A stretch of 63,209 bases of DNA, filler included, from Reticulomyxa filosa (GCA_000512085.1; 16 parts of 16 records of this genome joined end to end with filler, not necessarily neighbours in it), one strand, 5' to 3'. Shown: positions 25,771 to 38,933, counted from the whole stretch's first letter. A program made the numbers and translations. Notes: generated by a model not told the origin, from the letters alone.

Positions 25771-28746
25771 TGCGACGCCCTCCTGTGGGGAGCTTAACAA
25801 AGAAATCGGCATAGTATGTGTGTGTGTGTGTGTATGTGTTTGTAACCATACGACCATCGTCGTCATGAGAGCAAATTCACTAAACAAGGTTAGTGTTTCT
25901 AATGCTCAAAATGTGAAAATCGACTTGTAATTTGGATTGCATATCAAAACTACACGAGTCGATGATAATCACAAAGAGGATATCCACGACCTTGGGCAAT
26001 TAATCTGACATTGAAGGTGTGCAGTATCAGAACTGTTTCAAAAAAGATCAAGATGCTGATCACGACAGGAATGAAAAGATAAAATCCAACTTTGATTTAC
26101 TGCTCAATGACGTGTTTCATTTCTTTGATCCATACGAGGGACATGCTGACATTCAAGAAATATGATATGTATCAAAGCATCAATTCGAGTCACGTTTGAG
26201 CAATTCCAAGAGGTCTACGAAGAATTTTCATCCGACGTTACAAATGCGTGATTGAACCCAATTGAAGCTGCTGCGCGATTGTGACAATGTCAAGTGGAAA
26301 CCCGATGCATTCAAAGACGGCGCCGGCGAACAAGGAAGGCTCGATTGTTGTGAAAATTATCGCTAAGTTTATGGCGCGGAAACAACACATACATCATCGC
26401 TCGTGTCGAAACTGATTGTGTGCGTGCGCACATGCGTAACTTTGGATTTTGTATCATATGCGCGCGCGCTGATGGGAAGAACCATGACATGAGCTCGTGA
26501 GACATTGAGCATTAATTATTGGTGAAGAGATGAAGAAAGGGCTGTCGCACTTTTTGACTCGAACAAGCGCCGATCATCTTTGCTGGGCTGTCTCTGGTAT
26601 CGACTATTCAAAAATCGCTCTACCATTTGACAATAACAGTGCAATCAATCACTTGCAATGTATTGGGGGCGCTGTTAGATGGATACGTGGGCAACGTCAG
26701 TACCAAGAAGTCGATCGTATTATGCCCCTCCCCTCTCAAAGACCTCGTCGCTGTGGATACAAACGGATTGTTCGGTTACCAAAAAAACCGAATCACCCGA
26801 ATTCAATGAGTGAAAGAGCCTGTCATTGACAAGTCCGCCACGCAAAAAAAAAAAAAAAAATGGTAGTTCTAAGGGACGAGCCTTTCAATGATTTCCCCAA
26901 GTCCGTTCAACGATTCAAAAAAAAAAAGGAATGCTTGATGGTGGTATTGTCATTGAAATCCAAGCACACACTCAAACAGCAAGAACTCAATGTATCACGC
27001 TACAAGGATTTGATATTATTGCGCTTGTTCCTCTTCCTGTCACCTGACGTTAATCGTAATTGGGTCCATTGCTTGAAAAAAGTATTTTTTTATAATACAT
27101 ATTCAACACAACATTTTTTACGTATACTGATTATTTTTATATGTGATATGTGCTACTTGAAATTTTTTAATAGATATTTCAAGGTGTAACAATGAGATTT
27201 TGGACTGCGAATTGATACATTTTTGCTATTACATTGACATTGGTGCTGCAGCGAGTTTCCAACAATAATGAAAATAGTGACAGCAACGTCAGCAGCAGCA
27301 ATATCGATGGTTGCAGTACATGAAAGCAAAAGTGGCAACCTCACGGTCGAATTGTTGCTGATAGAAATCCAATGTGTCGTCGAATCATGAAAGCCTCACT
27401 ACAACACACGTACCTATCATTTTTTCAATAATTTATTTGTTCATCATTGAACAAATATCGATTTCAGTGACAGCGTGCATCAAATATGGAGCATGTTATT
27501 GCGTTTTGAACGACGTACCATTTGGGAAAAAAATTGGAGGTCCATATCGTGTAATGTGGCTCATTGTGGATTGAAAGTGGTGAGCTGGTGATTATATCGA
27601 TTATATTTGAACCTATATTCCAAGTTATAATGTTTTTTTGTGAATGTGATTGAATTATATATGATCCATATACACGTATATAACATAGGTCTCCAAAGAA
27701 TACAATAACTGTCTTATCGAGAAATTTGAAAATGATTGTGATGGTTGTGGTACCAAGAAGAAAAGATAAAGTGAAGTGGTGCATATTCGATTACAAGTAT
27801 GTAACACTTGCCTCAAATTTTTGGGTAAAAAATTTGTCTTTTGTATGAATTGTAGTTTCTTTTCATTTTTTTAATGTCTTCCCTCCAGCCCACCTGACAT
27901 CTTAATCAAATTATGTCATCGTAAAAAATTTCTGAACTTTAATATTTTAAATCTAAAAGAAAGTAGACAATATACAGATAGACTCAATTTGATTTTTACT
28001 TGTATCTTTGAATAAACTGATAACTAGAAGTAATTGCAAGTGATAATATGCGATAGACTGATTTTGCTATCTTGCATTGTTTAGAGTTGTGCCAAAAAAA
28101 AAAAAACAATAAATGCTCCAAAAGAGCCACGTGTAAGACTGTCTAAATTGGTAATTGATTTTTGCAAAAGGGACTTTAGTATCATCTACCGTCATGTAGG
28201 AGTAGATGACAAAAAGAATACGTATGACAGAAAGGAAGAAGACGATAAGAAAAAGAAAAGGAGAAGCAAGAAAATGATAAAAATATGACTAATAAAACAA
28301 GAGTTAAAAAAAAGATACGAATGCAACGGCGAAAAAGATGAAAACGAAGAAAAGGATAACAATGATGACAATGAAAGTTGTAATGTCATCAAAACATCTA
28401 AATTATTGTATATTGTGTTTTATGTGGATTTTTCGTGATTGCAAAGCAATAACAAGAGTGGTGATTAAGTAAGAAAGAATGATGAAACTATTCATCTTTG
28501 TTATGCGTTGTTTTGGTAAGCGTTCGTTTTTATTTCAGTGTATTTTAAATGAAACGAAATCGGGTCATATACGTAAGGCGTAGGAAGATAAAACAATTTG
28601 ATGGCAATCTTATTAAAACAAAATAGGAAAAAGAAATAATGTTGGATTTTGATAACTTTAAATGTGGCTTGAATTTTAACAATACTGGAAAGAATAAGAT
28701 AGTCAAGAAAGGGGTTGATTTGTCCTCAAACTGTGTTGTGATTGAA

Positions 28747-29897
28747 ATGTTCCGTCGTACATTTAGTGTGCGTCACATACCATCGATTTTGCAATCGCGT
28801 GCATGCACTCGTGTGTTAGGTTATCGTAGCTTCTCAGACGGGAAGACAGCATCCGAAGCAAATGAGCGCCTACACTCGGTCCAAGCCAGCCAACCGCCGT
28901 CTCCAAGCCCAACGCTATTGAGAGTGGACGTGCGTCGACCAGCAATTGAAGCCGACAAGTTGCGTCAAATAGAAACACCATGTTTGCTAATGGACCTGAA
29001 CGATTTGACTGGCTTCACACAGCAAACACTCAACAGCAACAAAGCGCAAAAGCGAATTGTAATATACGCATACGCCATCATTTGAAATCACACAGCTGTA
29101 GTGCACTGAGTTTTTACCAGCTGGAAAAGCACAGCAAATATTGCGACAGCAAGGTGTGTATCTGGTGCGGAAGCATTGATAAATAGTGCAATTAATTTTT
29201 GCAGCAATACGCGCGTATCGAAGAAATTTTGCTGACGGATATAATCATTGAGGTGCACAAGATACGTCGTGCATTGCAGCTGACGAAGCAGTCCGATAGA
29301 CATTCAAATGGAAAGTGCCGCGGGAAAAACGAAGATGACTGAAATGCTACAGTTTTTGGTGAATAAATGCAGACAGACTTTGCATTTGAAAGGGTTTGAG
29401 CTGTACGGATCAATGAGGGAAAGTGAGAGGGCGATCGAATGGGCAAAGGCGATTGCGAAAAAATATTACCATAATTTGATCGGTCAATTCCAATTCGAAG
29501 ACTCGGTTAAATATGCTCTCAATGTTGTCGGATGCTGGAAATCAAACATTGAAAACAAAGCCAAATGGACCGATCACCGCTCAGGAGACTCGTAAATATG
29601 TCCCCGATTATTGCTTCGGTTTTCTGCGAATAGTCAGAATGAAGAAGTTTTGGAAGAGGAAAAGGAGGAGGACGTGAAATGACAAAGTGAAAATGGCACT
29701 GTTGAAAATGATTAAATGGTACTTCTCTTGTGTCGGTGACTACGGAATTTTCAAGAAAAACCATCGCCACTTCCAACGACATTGAAAATGATATGCTGAA
29801 TATTGGTACAAAAGTCAACTCGCACGCACAATTTTGTGTCAGAAATAAGGTAGTGATTGATGTCTGGAATCTTGAAGGTAGGTCTCCTGGCATTAAC
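28747..29897 (+). pseudogene. Fold-type III PLP enzyme (DSD1 D-serine dehydratase / D-threonine aldolase-like), disrupted, with mitochondrial-type presequence
   Basis: MFRRTFSVRHIPSILQSRACTRVLGYRSFS presequence-like leader; IETPCLLMDL; frameshifted IRHHLKSHSC (cf. LRPHxKTHK); LHLKGFELYG; C-terminal LNIGTKV...VRNKVVIDVWNLEGRSPG. Several stops and frame changes. Confidence 0.65.
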
Positions 29898-30662
29898 CTT
29901 CATTTTTCTTTTCAGCTTGGTACAATGGGCAGCATGCTTCGTGTGTTGCTTCTTTTATGTAATTATTATTTAGAATTCATATTTTCCCAAATTTGTTTAA
30001 CTGCTTCAAAAAACTTTTTATTTCAAGTATTGCTAAAGGAAAATAGAAAAGGTTGGAAATATGCAAAAATACGCAAAAACTAACATAGTAAGCTTATCTT
30101 TCAACGAACTTCAGCAACTTAAGTTACTAAGTCGTAGTAATTCGAGTGTTATCACTAATGAATACATTAAAAAGTAATAATGTTTAGTCAACGTAAAACA
30201 AGTCAAAAAAAATTAATTCCTTGAAGTTTATATAGTTGACCAACTGAACTCAAGTGCTTTCGACGGTACTGTGAGAAAACAGTATTGTTTATTGGTTGTT
30301 ACCTACCATTTAAACTCAAAAATAACAAACTCACGAAAGGACTGGACAATTCTGACACGTTACTTCCGGAACCACCTGTACCCTCTGAACATAATGCATA
30401 AGATACTCAACAACACTGAAAATGTGACGATTACACAAAAGCCAGCAACTGAGATCAGTGCCACAAATCAACCTCAACAAATGAACACATTCTATAATCA
30501 CTTACAAACAAGCCTGNNNNNNNNNNNNNNNNNNNNNNNNNNNNNNNNNNNNNNNNNNNNTTAATTAATTAANNNNNNNNNNNNNNNNNNNNNNNNNNNN
30601 NNNNNNNNNNNNNNNNGGGTGCTGACAAAATAAAACTTGTATATAGAAATTTTGAGATCCAT

Positions 30663-31854
30663 ATGCATGTCTTACGCTTTCTATGGGGGTATTCAATTTA
30701 TTGTATTGCAATCTCTTTGTCAAAAAATTGTGCCGATTTAGAAGTGAAGGACCATATATGGTACGACGGCGTTGGTCGCGTGTGTCTTTGGTATGAAAGA
30801 CAAGTCAACCGTTCGCAATTGACTTGCACTGTTTCCACTGGTTTCAATCTAACAGCAAAAGATGCATGTTGTACCTGCGGTGGTGGGAAAAAAATAGCCT
30901 CCATTACTTTCGGTACTGTTATTGTAGTTTGCTCATATTTAAAAAAAATAAATATACATATGTATACATATATGTATATATATATGTGTATGAGATCACG
31001 ATACATACATATATAAATTATATTTATATATGTATGTATCGTGACTTTTGTGTCAAAAAAGGAAAAATAAAAAATAAAAAAAAAATGCAAAATGAAATAG
31101 AGAACAAATGGGAGCTAAATAATCTCGCATTGTTGTTCGGAGTTATAGTGGTGGTGTTGTCAGTGGTTGCGCTTATGTATAGCGAAACGGTCAGGACTCC
31201 ATTATATATGTGGTTTCGAGGAGTTTTGCGTCCACGCCCCGAACCAGAGGTGACCCAAATGCACTTGAGCACACTGCCCAATCAAGGTAGGTGTGTTTTT
31301 TAGGCAGAGCATTAGACTATTTGCAATGTCAAAAAAAAGGGGGGCTTTACATGGAAATGGAAGGAAATTTTGTGGTCATAATATCAACATAGAGTACGAG
31401 GCCATTGAACATTACAAAAAAGACAAAAGGTCAAAAGACACACGTTGCTATTTTTTTTTTTTTTTAAATCTATTTTCAAATGTTGATTTTTCAAATAATA
31501 ATAATAATGTATTGACATATATATATGCATATATATGTATATATGTATATATATATATGTATTTGCAATATAAATAAATGAATACGATGCGAATGAAACA
31601 AAAGGACAATTCAAAGCCGTCAGTCAAAATCGGCAAGTGGTGCACTCCAAAATTCGCCAAGCGAACTTGAAATGGACGCGCAGATATTGGAACGAAAGCC
31701 GAGAGACAGCAACACGTTCACGGCGAAGTCGAGTGTGTTCGGTACGCAGAAACTGAAGGATCGACTGCGAAACCCTATATTCGCGGTAACTCCTTTGGAG
31801 AAGGACGAGAAGGAAATGTCCAACAATTATATGAACGGTTGGTTGATTGATTAA
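30663..31854 (+). CDS. Small single-pass membrane protein with an extracellular Cys-rich CCxCGGG module (3' end uncertain)
   Basis: Signal-like N-terminus, then CADLEVKDHIWYDGVGRVCLWY...C...TAKDACCTCGGG; intron 30913-31100; TM LALLFGVIVVVLSVVALMY; further exon at ~31570-31836. Confidence 0.6.
30996..31044. repeat. Perfect 23-bp inverted repeat (hairpin) inside intron 30913-31100
   Basis: TCACGATACATACATATATAAAT (30996-31018) and ATTTATATATGTATGTATCGTGA (31022-31044), 3-nt loop. Confidence 0.92.
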
Positions 31855-32151
31855 TTGGTTGGTTGATTTTTTTTTGTTTTGTTTTATTTAATAAAAAAAA
31901 AAAAAAAAGGAAAGAATTTTCTAAAGTCTTGGTTTTCACACAAAAACATGACTATTTAAAAACAATATACATATATGTATATATGTATATATATATATAT
32001 ATATATGCACTTGTGGGTNNNNNNNNNNNNNNNNNNNNNNNNNNNNNNNNNNNNNNNNNNNNTTAATTAATTAANNNNNNNNNNNNNNNNNNNNNNNNNN
32101 NNNNNNNNNNNNNNNNNNTAAAAAAAAAAAAAAACAACCCCCCACATATAG

Positions 32152-33230
32152 AATGAGGACATGAAAGAAAGTCCAGAAAATAACGGAAACACGGACCGTG
32201 GCGAAGACCTCGAAGTGCAGTTTTTACCGGAAAACGACTTTGGGCTGAAAACAAGAGATGGCAACCCGACAATGAAAGCAACGCCGGATAATCCCAATGA
32301 TCACACGAAAGACGTGAAAACGAGAAACAATAACAGCGAAAGTATGGACAACGCTCAGGAAAATGAGCTGTTGAACCACAACAGCCGAATCAATGGAAAT
32401 GGAAGTGGTGTGCATCTACCGAATATCAAGGTGACTACGAACAGCGAACATTATGCACAAACGCTGTCGCGATCGTCCTCGCTGTCGAGCTTTTCAATGC
32501 ACTCAAAGCATCACTTCAACGGACATTACACTAATGGTATCCAAAAGCATCAATTCACTTCGACCAAGTCCATGACAAGCTCGAAGAAGCTGCATATGCT
32601 ATCGCAAATGGTTGCCAACGGCGTTTTCCAAATTGAAGATGTGGTATTGGCTCATCCGTACATGGGAGTCTTAAAGTTTCATTCAACAACAATAACAATA
32701 ATAATTAAATCTATTCACAAAAAAAAAAAAAAAAAAAATTGTTGTTTGGGGAAAAAAAAAAGTTGAAAACTGCTTCCGCCAAATTAAAAGCAGAGTCATG
32801 CATAAAACACTGGACAGATACTTGGGACCTTTGATCAATCCGCAAACTAATGAGGAACAAACACAGTGGCCTGAGTGGTATTTGGGACTGGAATGCTTTG
32901 CTTGGCCAAACAGCACTCAACAGTCATCGCAGCCGCAATCGCAACTGCAATCACATAGCGATGAAGCTACGGCAGATTACTCGGGCGACTTGGTTGGAGT
33001 GGTCAACTGCTTCAATGGAGTACATGACTCGCAAAAGTACTTTGAGTGCGATAACGAGGGAAACACGCGAGGACTACTTATCCCCATTGAATACTTTACG
33101 AAGATTGTTGGCGTGTGGGAAATCATGCGGAAGCTGAGTTCTCAAAAAGCCGTCAATGAACAGTTGACAAAGAAATTGGAACAAGTTACCGTCGCATTTG
33201 ATGGCATGCGTCAGCATATCCAAGAGTTTT
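32152..33230 (+). CDS. Divergent CAP-Gly-domain protein fragment followed by a coiled coil
   Basis: Splicing 32676-32817 gives FQIEDVVLAHPYMGVLK|YLGPL...WYLGLE...[insert]...NGVHDSQKYFEC...RGLLIP, the order of CAP-Gly motifs. Partial on both sides. Confidence 0.6.
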
Positions 33231-33235
33231 GCACA

Positions 33236-33277
<42 letters not shown>

Positions 33278-33579
33278 NNNNNNNNNNNNNNNNNNNNNNN
33301 NNNNNNNNNNNNNNNNNNNNNTTAATTAATTAANNNNNNNNNNNNNNNNNNNNNNNNNNNNNNNNNNNNNNNNNNNNCTAGCAAAACACCAACTTTGGTA
33401 GTGGTGAATATGCACGTGCACTTTGTCATTCGTTTACAAAATAAATAAAATTGTATTTATGCACATTATAAATACAATGAAAAAAAAAGGCTGTCGACGT
33501 GGCTCAATTCAATGACATCTTCGAACACAATAAAGACAAGTGGTCGCAAGTGTAAACCAAATCATTTGTCAAGTTTTTG

Positions 33580-34288
33580 CTATTCCACATTTGCGAAGCC
33601 TGCGTGGTCGATATTTACACTTTGCAAACATCGTCCGATGCAAATCACAATAGCAACCAGTTGCCAACTGGTTTGAAACTCGCGCTGATAAACATTAGCG
33701 GTATGTCCCAGCCCGGCCATCATCATGTTTATGTCCGAATAAATCTCCTCCATGGTCGAGGAAATGTTTACGCATTTGTTAGACAAATACTTTTACCGCA
33801 AAATGCAAGAGTTTTTTTGTCTGCAGTCCGAAGACATAGCCATTGGGACAGTTGGATAGCGTATCGTACCGGTCGCGGCGATAGCGAACACTGTCGACTC
33901 AAGTTCACTGCAGACGTTGAGACATCTGCAGTTTACGTGCAAAAACGCATTTGAACAGCAGTTGGAACAGACTACCAATGTGATCGTAGATATATGCTAA
34001 AACAGAGTAGAAAGCATGTTCGAGTAGGAAATGCACAAAGACGAATAAGAAAAATGTAAACACAGCAATGATGTATTGTCCGTCAATGCGATTCACGGAA
34101 AATCATGTATTCTCAATAAGTTGCACAAGCTTTGAAACGACACCACTACAAAATATACTGTACACAGTATTGCTGCTGTTGCCACAAATATACATATCTC
34201 TTCCACATGCGTCCACACTTCCACTGATATTGCTCCTTCTTCTCTTGTCCTGTATTCCTCCGCTGCAATTGTCAAAAGCTACATGCAT
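33580..34288 (-). pseudogene. Possible decayed hydrophobic-protein gene
   Basis: ORFs 34093-34275, 33793-33978 and 33580-33786 share one frame and are interrupted only by single stop codons; GC is higher than in intergenic DNA. No family recognised. Confidence 0.3.
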
Positions 34289-34794
34289 TGCATTGTAAAT
34301 GCAAGTACAAACAACGACACTTTGTATGTCACAACTGCACGTTCAATCACTACCACTATTATTACTAGAAGTACTATAAGCACTAATATCTCTGCTATTG
34401 CAAATACAAGTCATATTTTGAAAGTGCGCAGATATCAATCACAATGCTAATCTCAATGTTACTAACAATGTGAANNNNNNNNNNNNNNNNNNNNNNNNNN
34501 NNNNNNNNNNNNNNNNNNTTAATTAATTAANNNNNNNNNNNNNNNNNNNNNNNNNNNNNNNNNNNNNNNNNNNNTAAAAACTTGCGCAAGTCAAATAGCG
34601 TCTTTTTTTTTTTTTTTTTTTTTTGATGTTGATGCATGTTGTTGATTGATCGACTGATTGATAGATTTCCGTATAGACTTGTTAAGGTATATCAAAAACA
34701 TTGGTAAGAAAAAGAGTGCTGTGTGTGTGTGTTTTTTTTTTGTCTTGAGTGGTGTGCGTACGTGCAAGCATGCAAGCGTGTATGTGTGTAAACA

Positions 34795-36081
34795 TCATGG
34801 TGAGAATTGCATTTGTTGAAATGTGTTGAGAGCGGTGGTGGTGGTATTGGTAGCAAGTCTTAGCGACTGTCTTTGCGACGAGCGCACAGGATCCGCGAAA
34901 TCCCGCAGCAAAAGGACATCTTCAACAGTAAGACCTCCGACCAGATCTGGATTTCGATTTTTTTCCGCCCCGACATTTTTCAGGAACGTACGAGTCGTCC
35001 AAGTGCTCCCATCAACATCAGTATCCGTCTCCGTGTCTGTATCGGAGATCGTTATGGTATTATGCTTACTGCCGTTATTGGTATTCGAAGATGATTTTGA
35101 ACGCCCACTTGACAACTGTTGCTGTTGTTGTTGTTGTTGTTGTTGGAAAGGGGACTTGGCAGAAGACATGTCCTTTCGTGCCGATTGCACCGCGGACTTT
35201 CGCAAAGTCGAAGGAACCTGTTTACCCAAAGAAAGTTGGGTCTGTTTATTGGACGGTGTGAAGAAGTGATCATTGCGAGTGGCAATATGGTCCATCGGAG
35301 TGTTATAAATATCCAACCCGCCAAGTCCCATTGCATTGTCATCATTATCATTATCATTATCATTATCATTGTTATTGTTATGGTTATTGTTATTGTTATT
35401 GTTATTGTCATTGCTATGTGAGTCGTAAATGGTCTGTTGGCTATCGAAAGATACCTTTTTCTGTCTCGACGTCGCCACGGAAGATCGCGATGGATTGGAA
35501 GCATCCTTTCGATTATGCAATGCCAACGACGGTGTTGTTGTTGTTGTTGTTGTTGCTGTTGTAGCTGCAGATTGCGACGACGACGACGAAGAAGAAGAAG
35601 AAGAAGAAGAGAGAGACAAAGGTCCAAATGCAGAAGAATCCTTTTTTGGAACTCGCAACAAATTCAAATCCAACGTTGATAAAACACATCGGCGTCCATG
35701 CGCTTCCGCTTTTAAAGGACTCGCTAACGTCCAGCGAATGTCCCGGCAACTGATTGTGCTCGCTTCTCATTCCGAATGCACTCGCGTTGACGCCGCTCTG
35801 ATCCCTCGCTGTCGACAGCAGGTCGTGCTCACTCCCCGCCCTCGGCAGCGTAATGTTCAGCCCTCGCTTGAACTTCTCCAACGCGTGCTTCACCGCGAAC
35901 GACATCCGCAACTGCGTCGCCTTTGATATATCGTATTGCACCGGCAGCGCCTGCACAAATTCCAACTCGTACACATTTAATTTCACGTCGTCAAACGACG
36001 GCGATATGCTCGGTGTCAACACCACCAAATCTACTATGCAATCACGAATTTCGGATAAACTATTCCATATTTACAATATAT

Positions 36082-36140
<59 letters not shown>

Positions 36141-36586
36141 TGTATATATATGTATATGTATATACATATGCTACTTTTCATATTGGTCAAGTCGCTTCTT
36201 TAAACAATTGTCGGTAATCTCTGCATCGACGATACATTGCCCGTCCGTCACCACCAAACACTTGGCAAAGTTCTTCGAGCTTGCAGGCTTTACTCGCAAG
36301 ATTTGCACGTGTCGGTCGTCGTGAGCCTCTTTTTGCTTCCTTTTTATACGTTCAAAATTCAAACACATTTTCTTTATTTTTAATTTACTCCTTTTTTTTT
36401 TTTAAATGTACAACATGGCTTGCGCTCAGAGATGAAAGGGGCTCACCAAGATATACAACTTAATCTCACACTTGCGTACAAACGCATTCAAGACTTTATA
36501 CCCAACTGCTCTTCATCCGCACTTTCCACACCAAATGAAGTTGTCACATATGATTCTATCCAGGAAAACAGTGTTTGTGACGACAT
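34795..36586 (-). CDS. OB-fold protein resembling TPP1/Est3 (or RPA70N) with a long S/N/Q-rich tail; internal +1 frame break
   Basis: MSSQTLFSWIESYV...HVQILRVKPASSKNFAKCLVVTDGQCIVDAEITDNCLKKRLDQYENLSEIRDCIVDL...VKLNVYELEFV from three to four exons. The tail in ORF 34795-35673 lies in the +1 frame. Confidence 0.55.
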
Positions 36587-37215
36587 TTCTATCTTTCAAA
36601 TATTTTTAATAGATAATTTTTTTTTTAACATACGGGTTACTCCTGAATACTCACCCACTTTGTGCAATAGCCAGTTGTTCATGAAAACATTTTAAGGTTG
36701 ATATTTTCAAAGCAAGTTTTCTTTATTTTTTAAATACAGTTTACTCAAATTTGAACTCATTTTAATCGCCAATTCTTTTTTCTACAATGTGCATCTAATT
36801 AAGTTTTTATTTGTAATGCCAGTTTTGTTATTTCACAACATTTGAAGGCATTGTTTTTTAAATATTGGATTTTGCGGCGCAATATAATTAGTTGTAAAAA
36901 GCTTGTATCTTTTTTAATTTTGATTGTCAATAAAGAGGCTTTTAGCTCGTAATGGTTAATATTAATTTGTAAGTTATACGTTAAATATTTTCCGACCAAT
37001 GTTTAATTAGGCACTAATTTGTTAATGTAGCTTGGCCGAATTACGATTTCATAAAATTTTCATTTGACAGCGCGGTGACAGGTCCGCGCACAAAGGTCCA
37101 CCAAAAGTTTAAGTTGACTTTTGAAAGTTCTTTTTGGACTTGAGAATAGTGGATAATTTATTTTTTTGTTGACCGTATTTTCGTTATTGGAGTACCAAAC
37201 ATTAGGAAAAAATAG

Positions 37216-38298
37216 AGCCTCGTAAGCAAGGTTTTAAACGTCCAAAATGCAGCGGCGTGTCCCGTCCAAGCAGAGGAGACCGTTGCCAACGTCGACAAAG
37301 AGCAGTCACACCACGTGTGGACATTGGAACAAGGGACGAGCAGCAGTTGCAAGGAGGGATTAGAAGATGACAACAAGGATTGGGTCTCCAGCCAAGATAA
37401 TAGTGATTCTCCCGAGCTCTCTTTTCGGAAATGTCCACGATGTTTCCTTCTCATTCAAGATAGCAAAAAAGAAGTGACAAGACATCGAAAAGGGTGTTTA
37501 TTTTCAAGTTGAACTTTTTTCCCCCTCCCTTCCCCCTCTGCATGCTTAGTGTAACCAAGTGTTTTATGATATACGTATACAAATCAAATTCTTTATTATT
37601 AATAAATAAATATTCTCAGCATGTCACAAGCAGATCGTTGGATGCCAAAGGACGAAGATAGAATACAAAAAGGTAAAAAAGTGCCACCACAAAGACGAGT
37701 CCCAACAGCAAAGAGTAGGTAAACGGTCATACGTGTGTGACGTGTGTGACAAGGCATTTGAAAGTAGGGTGAGTTTGAGCCGTCATTGTTGTCGCCAACA
37801 TCAAGCAGTATTGAAAGATAAGAGAATTTTGGCTAGGCCCTTTCAATGCACTTATCCGGGATGCACCCAGCGCTTTCACAAAACATGGAATCTTGACCGA
37901 CACATATCGGCTCGCCATTTAAATCACGACAGGTCAGACAAGCAATGTCCGTACTGTGACAGAGTATACAAAACAACCAAATCGCTCGATAAACATCTTA
38001 AACAGTACCATTCCAACACGAAACCTTTTTCTTGCCACCTTTGCCAAAAAACTTTTTCTCAGTACGTTTGCTTTCTTTTTTTTTTTTTTTTGATACAATG
38101 TTGTTTAATACAAATCTTTTTTTTGTTGTTTATGATTCAACTGTCAACTACAGAAAGTACTCTCTCAAGCTTCATATACAAACTCATAGATCGTTACAAA
38201 AACGCCAAATGCACTGGTGCAATTTGTGCTACTCCGTTTTTGTGACCAACAGTAATTTGAGAAGACATTTTAAACAATTTCATGGCCCAAGTACTTAA
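37216..38298 (+). CDS. C2H2 zinc-finger protein (five fingers; start uncertain)
   Basis: CDVC...HCCRQH; CTYPGC...HISARH; CPYC...HLKQYH; CHLC..FSQ|KYSLKLHIQTH (intron ~38062-38153); CNLC...HFKQFH. Confidence 0.88.
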
Positions 38299-38933
38299 AA
38301 ATAAAAAAGAGAAAAAAAAAGTGTTGGCGATATTGTGACAGAGTTTTTAAGGACTTTTTATGATTTTACAAAAGTGGCAAGATATATCCCCTTCAAAAAA
38401 CACTTTTTACATTTTTAGCCATTTGCACGTTAAAAATGAAAAATAAGCAACTGAACATCTAAAATGTAATGTACTCAAAAAATAAAACAAAGTGATATTG
38501 TTTAAATTGGGAATTGTATTCATCAACACGCGAATAGTTTCATTTCCATACAAAAAACCTTTTTTAATGCTTTTAAAACAAAGCAAATCATAGACAATAC
38601 ATACAATTGATTTTTCCAAGATTTTTAAAAAGAAATTAGTTCGATTATGTCAATAAAAAATAATTTAAGTTGTGAAGAAAGAAAAATTTGCGTACTGTTT
38701 TATGTCAACTAAAACAATGGTATCCAAAACCAAAGAAAATCTCTTTTTGCTACTTTAATACCATTTTGATGCTACAATTTGGCAATAATATTACACTTAA
38801 TATAATTTATCTGAAAGACTAAATTTAAAATAAACCATGGCCAGTTCATTTGGCTACATGGCTTTCAAAAAATATTTGTACAATTCATTTTACACACTTC
38901 ACTCACATCCAAAAAGTTTCAATTATCATTATC

